Source: Octopus bimaculoides
Lineage: Eukaryota
Assembly (NCBI RefSeq): GCF_001194135.2
Contig: NC_068993.1
Location: 42,653,395-42,691,196, forward strand
Direction of reading: 5' to 3'
DNA: 37,802 nt
Of this stretch, positions 12,562 to 24,082 are shown piece by piece. Position 1 is the first letter of the stretch; every line of letters starts with the position of its first letter. The notes beneath the pieces were generated by a model. It was not told the origin of the DNA and ran no database searches. It worked only from the letters and a program-made list of their open reading frames with translations. Position numbers and translations under genes: made by a program.

Positions 12562-13020
12562 TATCTCAGACTAGATGGAAGAAATAGCTAGATAGCTATT
12601 GGTAAATATACATCTGTCATAGGCCTGGTCTATCTCTACTGCTCAAACTCCTGAATCACAGCGCCAATCTCAGACCGTTGGAAAAAAATAGCTAAATATT
12701 TAATGAAAATTTACGACTATGATAGTCTTCCTTTTGCTTGTCCATTTAATCTATACATCTGAGCTAACGTTAGACCACATCTAAACAATGATTAGCTACC
12801 TGTTGCTAATATACATCTGTGATACACAACCTCCCTAGTCGCAAATCTAATCTCTGACCAAATGGAAGAAATAGCTAAATAGCTATTGGTAAATACACAA
12901 TTGTTATAGACTTGGTCTATCTCTAGTCTACAAAACTCCCTGACCCCTGAACTAATCTCAGCTCAGATGGAGTATATATAGCTAAGCCACCTATTTGATA
13001 AATACATCTATGATAGTTAT
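12562..13020. repeat. Degenerate tandem repeat, about 75-110-bp monomers with a 287-bp higher-order repeat
   Basis: Motif atctcagac.agatggaa...tagcta...atacatctg recurs near 12564, 12667, 12776, 12850 and 12955. 12573-12655 closely matches 12860-12943. Confidence 0.7.
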
Positions 13021-13816
13021 TGTACTACTCTTGATGTCATGAAAAGAGCCGCCAGAAAAGTTGTGGATGAAATGAAATCATTACGGGATGTTGCTAAAGA
13101 TTTCGAGGTAGGTTTCAGGCTCATTAGATATGAAATTACCGGTGTCCCTTACACTAACCTTTTAAGATGTTAACAGAACGTCAGCTGTACCAAAAAATAA
13201 ACCTTCAACTTCTTTATATTTTCAGGTGAATTTCATGACGCTGCAGAGATACTGCAAGAAACTAAGGACAGAGGGGAAAATAGCCAGTGTTGGATATGCT
13301 TCTCCGCGTGCAGTTTTTACAAAGGAGCAAGAAGACTTGCTTGTGACCTACATCCTTAAAGCTGCTAAAATTTACTATGGCCTGACTCCTTCTGATATTC
13401 GAAGCCTTGCTTATGACTACGCGAAGGCCAATGAAATGAAGCGTCCAGATTCCTGGTCTCCAATGAATGCGCTAGTGTTGACTAGTTTTCAAAGTTTAGG
13501 AAGCGTAATTCCAACCTCTCCATCGGAACCCCAGAAACCACAAGTCTGAGTAGGGCAACAAGCTTCAATCGAATTAACGTGGACAAGTTTTTCGATAATC
13601 TGACAGAGGGGCTTGACGGCTACAAGCTTGAGGGCCATGACATCTACAACTGTGATGAGACGGGTGTCACAACAGTGCAACGACCAGATCGAATTGTGGC
13701 AGAGAGGAGTGAAACAAGTAGGAGCGATGAATTCCGCTGAGAGAGGGACCTTGGTGACAGTCTATTTTGCAGTAGATGCCAGCGGCTATGCAACACCACC
13801 AATGCTATTGTTTCCT
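13021..13816 (+). mobile_element. pogo/Tigger-like (HTH + DDE_1) transposase pseudogene with one intron, truncated at both ends
   Basis: MKRAARKVVDEMKSLRDVAKDFE | VNFMTLQRYCKK... VFTKEQEDLLVTYI...YYGLTPSDIRSLAY; after a frameshift, [30 protein letters not shown]...[13 protein letters not shown]; after a second frameshift, [10 protein letters not shown]...PPMLLFP. Confidence 0.9.
13108..13225 (+). other. Phase-0 GT-AG intron (118 bp) inside the transposase HTH
   Basis: Donor GAG|gtaggt, pyrimidine tract ttcaacttctttatattttcag|GTG, and a CACTAAC at 13152-58. Removing it fuses SLRDVAKDFE-VNFMTLQRY. Unspliced read-through hits TAA. Confidence 0.75.
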
Positions 13817-13818
13817 AG

Positions 13819-13990
13819 TGGGCCAGTCAATTAGATCTATCCCAGTTCGCAACTGGTACTTAACTTATCGATCCCGAAATGAAAGGCAATGTAAACCTCG
13901 GCGAAATTTGAACTCAGAACGTACAGGCAGACGAAATACCGTTAAGCATTTTACCCGGCGTGTGCTGACGTTTCTGCTAGCTAGCCACCT
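13819..13990 (-). mobile_element. tRNA-related SINE, family A
   Basis: Reverse complement of the 23051-23279 element (B-box-like gagttcaaatttc). It sits where the pogo-like frame ends. Confidence 0.85.
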
Positions 13991-14659
13991 TGTGTATGTA
14001 CGGATATTTCACTGACAATGGTATCCCAAGTACCCTCTCTGTCATAGAAATATGTGTATGTGAGGTGGTATGACTACTGAATGAATCTGGTTTAAAGTCA
14101 TTTTATGATTGCAGTGGAATGCGATACACACACACACACACACACACACATACACACTAACATAAATATATTCAAGTACTTAAGCGTGAACTGCATGATA
14201 TCTTCTAATAATATCTAGGTAAGAAGCATAGGTATGAATACAGTATGACATTAGTATATGATGAAGTTATACCTACTTAACACGTTGCTTTTGTCTTTAG
14301 CTCCAAATCATAAGCACATAAAGATACCACAACAATATCTAATAACTTGCGACGGTTTCCTTCATTCTTATACGATCACATATTTTCTCTTGTCTTCATG
14401 ACTTTTGTTTAAGAATTCGTTCTTTCTTTTGTTCTCCTCATAATAAATATCAAAAGTCATAAAATTGTTATGAAAAGCATCAGGTATGCACATTCTTACT
14501 GTGATATGCCAAAGAGGAAAAACTAAAACAATATGAAACTTCATTAATGCTTGCTTTAGAAGTTGTCTCTGTGCCAAATTGATCTTAGCTATGCATTCGG
14601 TATCTCTAATGTTTCTACGTACATCTTAATTATTCGTAAATAAAGATGTCGGCGTTCGA

Positions 14660-15005
14660 CTACATGGATGGATGGATGGATTAGTTGGTTGGTTGGTTGG
14701 TTAGTTGGTTGGTTGGTAGGCTGGCTAGACGGCTAGCTGCTGGTGGGTTACATTTCTGCCTGGCCAACCAACCATCCATCCGTCCAAACAAACGGCTGGT
14801 TAGCTGGTTTGTTTGCTGGCTGGCTTGTTGAATGGAAGAGTGTGTGTGCGGATCGATGGATGGATGTATGCATGCATGCATCCATCCATACATTCATACA
14901 TCCATCCATTCATCCATACATACACCCTTTCATCCATCCATCATCCAACCATCCAGACGGCTTGCTGGCTGGCTAAACGGAAGAGTGTGCGCGTAGATGG
15001 ATGGA
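14660..15005. repeat. Strand-switching tetranucleotide compound repeat (TGGA/TGGT/TGGC vs TCCA/ACCA)
   Basis: Read directly. Near-palindrome at 14856-14889; internal duplication about 14815-14865 vs 14960-15005. Confidence 0.85.
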
Positions 15006-15071
15006 TCTCGCTCGGTTTCGACAATGAAGATTCAGTTGTTCGGTATACGGAATATTTTTCTTATTCACTTA

Positions 15072-15160
15072 GTGCATGAGTGGCTGAATATTCCAGAGAC
15101 ACGTGTACCCTTTGCATAATTCTCAGGAAGTATCACTCTGACAACGTGTGTGACAAGGCT
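15072..15160 (-). mobile_element. Fragment of SINE family C
   Basis: agtggctgaatattccagagacacgtgtaccctt...gtgtgacaagg is reverse-complement similar to 26040-26125. Confidence 0.7.
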
Positions 15161-15867
15161 TTACATTTGAGTTACATGTGTAACCGATCTCATAGGTTTC
15201 TGAACAGTTTCTGCTTACTGAGATTCATGCACAACGTATAGTTTGACGTGAGGATAGAAGAAAATATCATTTATTCAACATGTGATGCAGTGAGATCGAA
15301 CTCCATACCTCCTGGCCTCGAAGGAAACGTCGTCCATTTACATGAAACTACCGAAAGAGTGTTTCGAAATGAAAGTAAGACAATATTCTATCTTTTGATG
15401 TTGAACATTACCCCACGTTCCAAAAGTAATTGTTCTTAAAATAACTAAAAAGGAAGCCGCTAATGGTTCGCGAAGAATTGAAATTGGATAGGACTTTGTT
15501 GCTTTCTTCTTTTCTTATTTTGTTTTATATCTGTATATATATGCCTGCGTGTGTGTATGTATGTATGTATGTATGTATGTGTGTATGTATGTATATATAG
15601 ATCTANNNNNNNNNNNNNNNNNNNNNNNNNNNNNNNNNNNNNNNNNNNNNNNNNNNNNNNNNNNNNNNNNNNNNNNNNNNNNNNNNNNNNNNNNNNNNNN
15701 NNNNNNNNNNNNNNNNNNNNNNNNNNNNNNNNNNNNNNNNNNNNNNNNNNNNNNNNNNNNNNNNNNNNNNNNNNNNNNNNNNNNNNNNNNNNNNNNNNNN
15801 NNNNNNNNNNNNNNNNNNNNNNNNNNNNNNNNNNNNNNNNNNNNNNNNNNNNNNNNNNNNNNNNNNN

Positions 15868-15898
<31 letters not shown>

Positions 15899-16959
15899 GA
15901 ATTACAGTTCTTATTTTATATACCAAAATTCATTGTTGGTCGGTTTAGAATATTTTAGAAAAAGCATTAGACTAAAATGTCAAGTAAGAAAGTTAGAAAC
16001 GCCGATAACATTTCAAAGTAATTCAATGTATTGATATCGTGTGAGGAAACAATTGGAATGGAAGGACAACGAAAGGAATTGTTGCAATCGGATTATATAA
16101 CCTTTCAAAGATTGGTCGTGCTCAGTCAAAGCGACATGGACATCGATGTGGTTCCATTGATTAGAGATTTTGCTACATTTTCCTTACACAGAATGAAATA
16201 CTTAAAAGTTATAATTTTGTTTAAGATGCACATCATAATAGATGTTCCATTAATCTGAGTGACTTTCTGTGTAGAAAAGTCCGTCCTGTCCAATTTTATT
16301 TTGATAAAGTCATATAATAGAAAATCTTTCTATTTTAGTTGGATGGTTTTCATTAATAACTCTTTGACTAGAGAACATTTACAAAGTTTGATACTGGCTT
16401 TGCGATATTCGAATGAACATTGCCATTTTATTCTCACGAAAAGAGAATTAATATGTAATATTTGTATTCTTACATTAATAATGATCAAAGAAATAATGCG
16501 CAATTGTTGAGAAAATGGTTAAAGCCTTGACGTGCTACTGGTTTCTGTACTAATTGATGCTAACTAAATAATTACTTCCTTCATCTTTTGATAGATACAT
16601 TTCTAGATAGGGTCATTTGAGAACAGTGAAATATTGTTTTGTATCTTTCCTCAGTAAATGCACATTCAATAAACAAATATACTCAGCGTATGTCAATCTT
16701 TCTAAGTGTTTATTCTGTCTTTATCAAAGGAGGCAGCATTGTGAATGATATGAATCAGAAAATATTAGAACGGATTCGATAAAATGTGCGATGTCACATT
16801 CGATGACATACATAGAGTAGCATGTAGCGTTTTACTTTTGTTGTTTGTGATCTGAAGTTTTTAAGTAATGAATTGCTTTTCATGTTTCCCCATTCACTAA
16901 ATGAACCGAATGCTATATCCTGCAGATTAAAAGTATTATACAACACATGTATCTTTCCA

Positions 16960-17395
16960 TTAAACGGTGATGTGATTTATCAACAAAATCCAAATATTTG
17001 TTAAATCTTTATACCTAACACTGAACAAACGAAAAACCATCATTGACTAGATGAGTCACACGTAGAATAAAGCAAGGTAAGATGTATTCCTCTCATCAAT
17101 TCACAGATGAGAAATGGAAAAAGTTGTACATAATAAAAGACTAAGTCATTTCCGACAAACTCCCTTTTAGCTCCTCTGGAAGAATCGATTTCCCAGTTAC
17201 TACGGAAAGATAACTAGCATTTTTGATGGCATAGTATATACCAAAACATTCATCTACATGCGAAGTTGGAATTTTCATAACTTTTATCGCACAAAAAACA
17301 TATTTTCCTGAATAGACATTGGTGAAAATTGCGTGCATCTAGTATGCGAGTGCCGTTTTCAAAGACATTGTTATCAAAAAATTTCGTCCACAGTG
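16960..17395 (+). mobile_element. Possible decayed hAT (Charlie/Buster-like) transposase C-terminus
   Basis: DFPVTTER*LAFLM...SSTCEVG then, in a shifted frame, FS*LLSHKK...NR. This resembles the hAT dimerisation motif (STYLCExGFSxLxxxKxKxRNRL). Many stops. Confidence 0.4.
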
Positions 17396-18374
17396 ATACA
17401 ACAAAATAACAACTTTAGTAGCTGTATTCAATCAGAGACTGAGAAAAAGAAGTCAAAGATTCAATACAAAATTGCATGGTTGTCTGCCTTTGAGTTTAAG
17501 CCCACATAACGTAAAAGAAGGTGTGCAATACTATTCAATGAAGACGTGCTGGTAAAATCGTAAATCTCGTGATATTTAGCCTGTATAAAGACGGACAGGC
17601 AAATTATAAACAACTGGCGTACGTACAGAAATATTGCTAACCAAATTATTAAAACCAGTTGGTGTAATTTCTTAAAGTGTCATCTCACGTAGAATATTTT
17701 ACTTTTACATAGATGAACTTAAAAAACTGTGCCGCCATATGCACAGATAAAAATGTAACTTTACATTCAATATGAAATGGTTTACTCTGACATGATATTT
17801 ATATTTACCAGAAAATATTGTTATTTGTATAATATTTCCAAGAAATCTTATATTTGATTCCTAGAGAGCAGTGAATGTTAAAATTAATAAAGCGCAGCAT
17901 AAAATGCCTGGTCCTGTTTCGTTTCATACTATTCTGGCCCAGAGCTCAAATCTTGCTCAGATTGACTTTGGTTTTCATTGAATCATTTTGGAGATCCTAC
18001 ATTAAGAATTGATCAGTATTTCAGACTTAATTTTATTATTTCTTACTCGTTTTTGTGGATATTATAAATCTATTACTTAACACAATTTCTATCGTATTTA
18101 CATTTGAAATGCATTGCTTTTGTTTCAGTTAATTTTATTCACCATTATTCAACTAGGGCTTAATAACTTTACGTGCAATTTCGATGGAAAGTCTTTTATT
18201 CAAATCATTTTAAAATAGATTTGTATCATGGAATTAGGGGTAGGCTCGGACATTTCGGTATAGAAATTGTTAATCTCCAGCCATGTTCACCTAAGGAAAC
18301 TAGTAGAACATCAGGTAAGCGGCAAATTTTACATATATCTTCGCTTCCATAATGTCTTATAAAGGGGTTCATGA

Positions 18375-18520
18375 TCGTATTTGTTCCAGCTCATTACGCC
18401 CTGAGTTCAAAATTCACCGAGGTCGATAAAATAAAGTACCAGTCGAACACTGGGATCAAATGGTATAAACTCTCCTCCTCTCAAAACCGCTGGCTGTATG
18501 CTAAAATCAGACACCGTTAT
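18375..18520 (+). mobile_element. SINE family A-related partial copy with internal deletion and a different tail
   Basis: ttacgccctgagttcaaaattcaccgaggtcgataaaataaagtaccagt aligns to 23110-23190 but lacks the segment between the two GGTCGA repeats. Confidence 0.7.
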
Positions 18521-19875
18521 ATATGCGGTAGCAAACAGTAGAGCTGGGAAGTGCGTCCCGATACAGCGTAATTAAGTATGAAAAAATAGATTGAACTGGT
18601 TGTAAAGAATTATTGGTATTTTTTCTATTGCTGTAAGTGTTACGATGATGATGGTGATGATGATGATGATAGCGAGGAGGAAGAGGAGAATGTCGTTGTT
18701 TGGCCTCGTATGAACACTGGTTGAGCAGACTTCCTGTCAAATGCGTTTTATCAATGGCCATCGCGTTTTTCTTTTCGCTTTTGTTTTTGCTTACTGGCAC
18801 AACTTTGGACAATATAATCTTCCTATTTGAAAGCAATAGAGTCAGCTTTAACAGACTTTGCTTCATATTTCTAGCAAATCGTTGATTGAAAACTACATAT
18901 AATTTTGTTGAAAGACAAATAGGATGTTAAGGAAATTAAGTTTCCAAAAGGTGTTAACGTCTTAAATGAATTGTCCTGGACGCAATTACGAATTGAAATA
19001 ACACTACTTCTTTTACCAGTCATCACCGTATGCTGGTCGACACCATTCTTCTGTCCGGCGCCATTAATTCTGCTTTATGGTGCTCAATACAAATGGGCGG
19101 AGTAAAAGACGAATTAGAAGTCAGTGGGATTTTAAGTTAGAAATACGAGGTACTAGAATAGACAACGTAATTCTTTTAATCTTATCTCTATCGTTTGCAT
19201 CAATATCAGCTTTGCCAAGTCTCAAGTTTACAGACGATAACAACTATAAACTTTTAGTAAGTTTGATTTTATATTTAAGTAAAGATCGCTTGAGAGTATA
19301 CGTGTCAGCCAATACATGCATATATAATTATCCATTTCCAGACCATTTCTACATCGCTTTTGAACATTGCTCTGACTTTTCTATGGCTATTAATTCACTG
19401 TCTGACAATGTAAGGAATTGAAATGAAAGCTGCTACTAAAATATCTAATACTCTTTTAGTCTTTACTAGCTTCAATCATTGGACTACGGCCATACTATGA
19501 CGCAGCAACGTATATATACCAGGGTATATGCCTACGTACATATGCATACACACATGCATACACACAAACAAAGATACATATGTGTGTGCGTTTGTGTATC
19601 TGTGTCTGTGTATAAATATTCATACTTGTTTTTTTCTTTCTGGTTATAATAAAAACAAACATTACACAGAATTACTCAATGCTTTATGAATAGTTTATAT
19701 TTATGATAGTTTTACAAGAACAAGTGTGTCAGTGACTTCGGAGTTTTGACCTAGACTTGTCGGACTGTTGATGTTTTGAAGTCACTGAAAACCCTCTTGT
19801 AAAATACGATAGAAATATATGTATATATTATATTGCTTTGCACTCTCTTGTTGCTTTGACGAATGAATGTTCAGC

Positions 19876-20270
19876 AGGACACAGCCGTCATTGCCGTGTC
19901 ATCTCATGTGGGTATTCAAACCTATCCGGGATTTGTAGATCCTGTTGCAGATGATGCAATGGTACTCACGGTCGTCAAGGGTTAGGTTGCTTTATGCTAG
20001 AATCTTTTCTTCTTCAGAGTGTTGATCCAGGCTACCTCAAAGTCGGAGATGGCTTTATAGCAAGATCTTTTCCACTGAGCTCTGTTACGTTCATCTAATT
20101 TCTATCACTTTCAGATTTGTTCTGCAGGTTTCCATGTAGAGTTTTACAGTATTCATTTAACGGAGCAGAGGACAGCCTTGGTGCCTGGTACCAGAGCTAA
20201 TCTGATCATAGAAGACTTTGGATATGCAAGTGTCTTCTATGCGTACCACATGGCCAAACCACCACGGTTG
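19876..20270 (-). mobile_element. RTE (BovB-like) LINE 3' fragment
   Basis: Minus strand reads WFGHVVRIEDTCISKVFYDQISSGTRHQG...RNRAQWKR...AISDFE...HCIICNRIYKSRIGLNTHMR*H. This matches the RTE WxGHVxRM motif and the terminal C2H2-like SRIGL motif. Confidence 0.85.
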
Positions 20271-20506
20271 TGTGTATGTATATATATATATATATGCGTA
20301 TGTGTGCGTGCGTACATGTATGTATGTACATACGCCTCTGTGTCGTTCTGAATCTGTGTGTTTGTGTAATCGCCTATTTTGTACATGTTTGTACTTCTGT
20401 AAACACGCTCTTTGTAAATGTTGACTTCTTACGACGGCTCGTTAAAGACATTCCCGACTGATTTGAGAAACTAGTATCAACGAAATTCTACGTAGAAGTC
20501 ACCATT

Positions 20507-20509
<3 letters not shown>

Positions 20510-20539
<30 letters not shown>

Positions 20540-20605
20540 AAGAAGAAGAAGAAGAAGAAGAAGAAGAAGAAGAAGAAGAAGAAGAAGAAGAAGAAGAAGA
20601 AGAAG
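20510..20605. repeat. (AAG)32 microsatellite at the 5' junction of the R4-like element
   Basis: Read directly. Confidence 0.95.
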
Positions 20606-20606
20606 A

Positions 20607-23600
20607 CAAATAATCAAGACAAATAATGTAACCGGAACGAATAGATTGATTAAAGCCTGCATCAACTATATAGGAAAAAATGTAGGCCTCAAACCAAACC
20701 GTAAATGTGGGAATGAAGAAAAAGAACCTTGGTGGAAATGAAGAATAAAACAATCAATGAACGAACAACGAAAACATATCAACATCTTAGAAAGAAAGAA
20801 AAGAAGTGAAATCAAGATGGAGGAGAAATATCAAGAACTAGAATGTAGAAATAGGATAAAGAAAAAGGGGTTAAATGTGGTTCTTGAAGAGCTGAAACAA
20901 AGATTGCAGGCTAAAGCGACAAAGATCAAGAGATATGACCATGGAATTGAACAATATAAATCAATAGATTCCTCCAAGACCACAAAAGGGTTTATCAATA
21001 GCTGAATGGAAGGATTAACAGCAGTAAGAGACCAGATGATGAAGAAAGTAAAATATTTTGGAGTAACATCTGGGATGATTAAAGAAAGCATAACAAAATT
21101 GCTAAAATGGTGAAGGAATTAAGGTCGGAAAAATATGAGGTGAAACAGAGTAATATTAGAATAACGATTGAAATAGTAACAGAACAGACAACGAATATTC
21201 CAAACTGGAGATGCCCAGAACCGGATGAGGTACAAGGATAATGGCTGAAAAATTTCCCAGCACTACACAGAAGGATAGCCACACAAATGGATAAAATGAT
21301 CAACAATGGTGTACCAATCCCAAAGTGGCTGACAACAGATAAAACAATTCTTTGCCAAAAGGATCCCAGCAAAGGCAATGCAGTGGATAATTGCCGGCCT
21401 ATCATGGAGAATTACAGGCCTGATGTGGAAGCTGATGACAGGAATAATATCTAATTATGTGTATAACTTCCTGGAAATGAATGACAAACGGCCAGTGGAA
21501 CAGAAAGGGTGCGGAAGGAAAAGTTGAGGGACAAAAGACCAACTCCTGATAGACTGATTAGTACTGAACGACTGTAAGAAAATACCTACTAGTCTGGGCC
21601 TTGATCGATTATAAGAAATCGTAGGACATGGTTCTCCATTCCTGGATTTTGGAAAGTCTTGAGCTGGTACAGGTATCTGATAACATCAAATTTTATTAGG
21701 AGATGAATGAAAACTAGAATACAGAGTTAACTTCATGTAGAAAATATTTGGCGACGTTTAACATGAAGAAAGGCATATTTCAAGGAGATAGCCTATCACC
21801 ATTGATGTTTGTGATTTGTATGACAGCCCTCGCACAGATACTACGGAAAGTGACATCGGGGTACACCTTGAAATGTGGAGGAAAATTAAATCATCTGTTC
21901 TATATGGATGATTTTAAAATCTTTAGAAAGGCCGAACGTGAAATGTATGGCCTAGTTTCAACAGTGCAGATATTCAGTAAGGATATCGGAAAGGAATTTG
22001 AGACTAAAATGTTTGGTATGCTTATAATACAAAGAGACAAAGTAATGTCGTCTGATGGTGCAGAGCTACCCGTCAGCGGGAAAATCAAGCATAGGGAGAC
22101 TAATGAATATATCTGGGGATTTTAGAATACGACAAAATCAAGGAAAATGATAAGAAGGAAATCTCTTGGCGAGAATATCTCAGAAGAACCAAGTTAATTA
22201 TACGAAGTGTCCCGTGAAATCCTTCAAAGTAGAGTAAATCCACTTTGATTAATTATGGAAAGTAGACTCAATAGAAAAAACACAAAATCAGAGCAATCAA
22301 CACACGGGGCGTTTTCTTAATGCAATACGGCGCAGGTGTTGTTAGGTGGACAAAGAACGAACTTGAAGAAATGGACAGAAAAACTAGAAATGGGAGGACA
22401 ATTAACAAGGAGCTACACCCCAAAAGCGATACTGACAGACTGTATGTGCCCGGAAACAGGGGTGGAAGAGGTCGCATAGGATGCAAAATCTGTATTGTCA
22501 ACGAGAAGAACAGTCAGGGTTGGTACATTAAGCAGCAGAATGAATCTTAGCTTGTTGCTGTTAGAATTAACAATATAATACCTACCGAAAATGCGATGCA
22601 CCTACAAATATTTATGAAACGTAATGAAGAAGAAAGAGTAAATAACTGGAAAATGAAATCACTCCATGGGCAAAACCTCAGAGAAATCGAAGGAAAAGAC
22701 AAACCAACACTTAGGGATGGCTAGGTAAAAGTGATTTGAAAGGATGCACTGAGGCATTGATATGCAGCGACCAAGAACAAGCTCTGAGACCTAATTAGAC
22801 CAAGTTCCAAATAGATAGGAATAGCAAATCGCCCCTCTGTAGGATGTATGGCAGCAGAAACGAAACAATCTTACATATTGTGAGTGTAGCAAGCTGGACC
22901 AAAAGCATTACAACTGGAGGTACGATAATGTGGTTAAGTTCGTCCACAGGAGACTATGTAAAAAGTGCGGCCTGAACAGAGCACGGAAATGGTACGAACA
23001 TGAACTAGAAGGAATCACCGAGAACAAGGAACATAAGATACTGTGGGATAAGGCGGTGAGCTGGCAGAAACGTTAGCACGACGAGCGAAATGCTTAGCGG
23101 TATTTCGTCTGCCGTTACGTTCTGAGTTAAAATTCCGCCGAGGTCGACTTTGCCTTTCATCCTTTCAGGGTCGATAAATTAAGTACCAGTTACGCACTGG
23201 GGTCGATATAATCAACTTAACTCCTTTGTCTGTCCTTGTTTGTCCCCTCTATGTTTAGCCCCTCGTGGGTAATAAAGAAATAAGATACTGTAGGATTTTG
23301 CCGTCCAATGTGACTGCCTACGCGAGGCTCGGAGACCAGATATTGTGGTAAATAGAGGAAAGAAGGAAACCAAGATCATAGATACTGCAATACCTGGCGA
23401 TGTAGGTATAAGTGACGAGAAACTAGAAAAGATTGAAAAGTACAGACTACTAAAAGACGAAATTGCAAGAATGCGGACTATGAGGAGAGTGTCTATCACT
23501 CCAGTAGCTGTAGGGACACTCTGAGAACTAACAACCAACTTCGAGAAATATGCTAAAGAAATCAGATTTGACATGAGAGTAGAGCAAGCCCCCCAAAAAA

Positions 23601-23800
23601 CTGCTCTGCTGGGGACAGCTATGATTTTGAGATTCGTACTTGGATGTTGGATGCCGCCGCCACGATAATTAACAACCAAGTACCAAAGCTTATAATGTGC
23701 GGAAAGAGACCCTGTGAGACCTCCTACCGCAGGCTGCTGTCCGTTCTCACAGAATCTACCAGAACAAACAAGACCGAATGTTCTGAGAAGTAAAACAAAA
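20607..23800 (+). mobile_element. R4/Dong-like RLE-type non-LTR retrotransposon, 5'-truncated and decayed (RT + zinc knuckle + restriction-like endonuclease)
   Basis: EPWWK, PEPDEVQG, GTKDQLLID, GIFQGDSLSP (21781), HLFYMDD (YMDD 21901-12), LHPKSDTDRLY..GGRG, LCRMY..ETILHIV..CSKL, KILWDF, RRPDIVV...IIDTAIPGD, EKIEKY and QKTALLGTAMILR. Many stops and frameshifts; interrupted by a SINE and a 55-bp insert. Confidence 0.92.
23051..23279 (+). mobile_element. Full-length tRNA-related SINE (family A) with 17-bp TSD
   Basis: A-box-like tggcagaaacg, B-box-like gagttaaaattcc, A-rich end. TSD ataagatactgtgggat (23033-49) / ataagatactgtaggat (23280-96), one mismatch. Confidence 0.9.
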
Positions 23801-23905
23801 TAATAAAAAGAACAAGAAAAAGAAGAAAAAGAAGAAGAACAACAACAACAACGATGACGACGACGACGACAACCACAACAAGAACAACACTAATGATAAT
23901 TATTA
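23800..23905. repeat. Mixed trinucleotide tract (AAT/AAG/AAC/GAC) at the 3' end of the R4-like element
   Basis: Read directly. Confidence 0.85.
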
Positions 23906-24030
23906 TTCATATTATATGCATTTATGTAGGTATCAGCAGCGCCGCCTGGCTAAGGCTTGGCTACTCTGCATTGACAAGGGGCAACACCCTGAAACTAGTC
24001 TAGTCTGCAGATGCCAAACCAGCAGGGGGA

Positions 24031-24082
<52 letters not shown>

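Noticed and set aside
14368-14577. 69-aa minus-strand ORF with a hydrophobic stretch
   Set aside because: No recognisable domain and no convincing splice-site pair.
18507-18866. 119-aa ORF with poly-His (minus) or an acidic D/E run (plus)
   Set aside because: The run is a (GAT)n/(GAG)n microsatellite; the rest is unrecognised and overlaps a SINE end.
19077-19421. 114-aa plus-strand ORF, including a possible 68-nt exon (ccag|...caat|gtaagg)
   Set aside because: No homology recognised; about one ORF of this length is plausible by chance in this much AT-rich DNA.
23744-23789. Possible 3' UTR stem in the R4 element (ttctc[ac]agaa / ttctgagaa)
   Set aside because: Only 9 bp with a bulge and a long loop; needs family covariation to mean anything.
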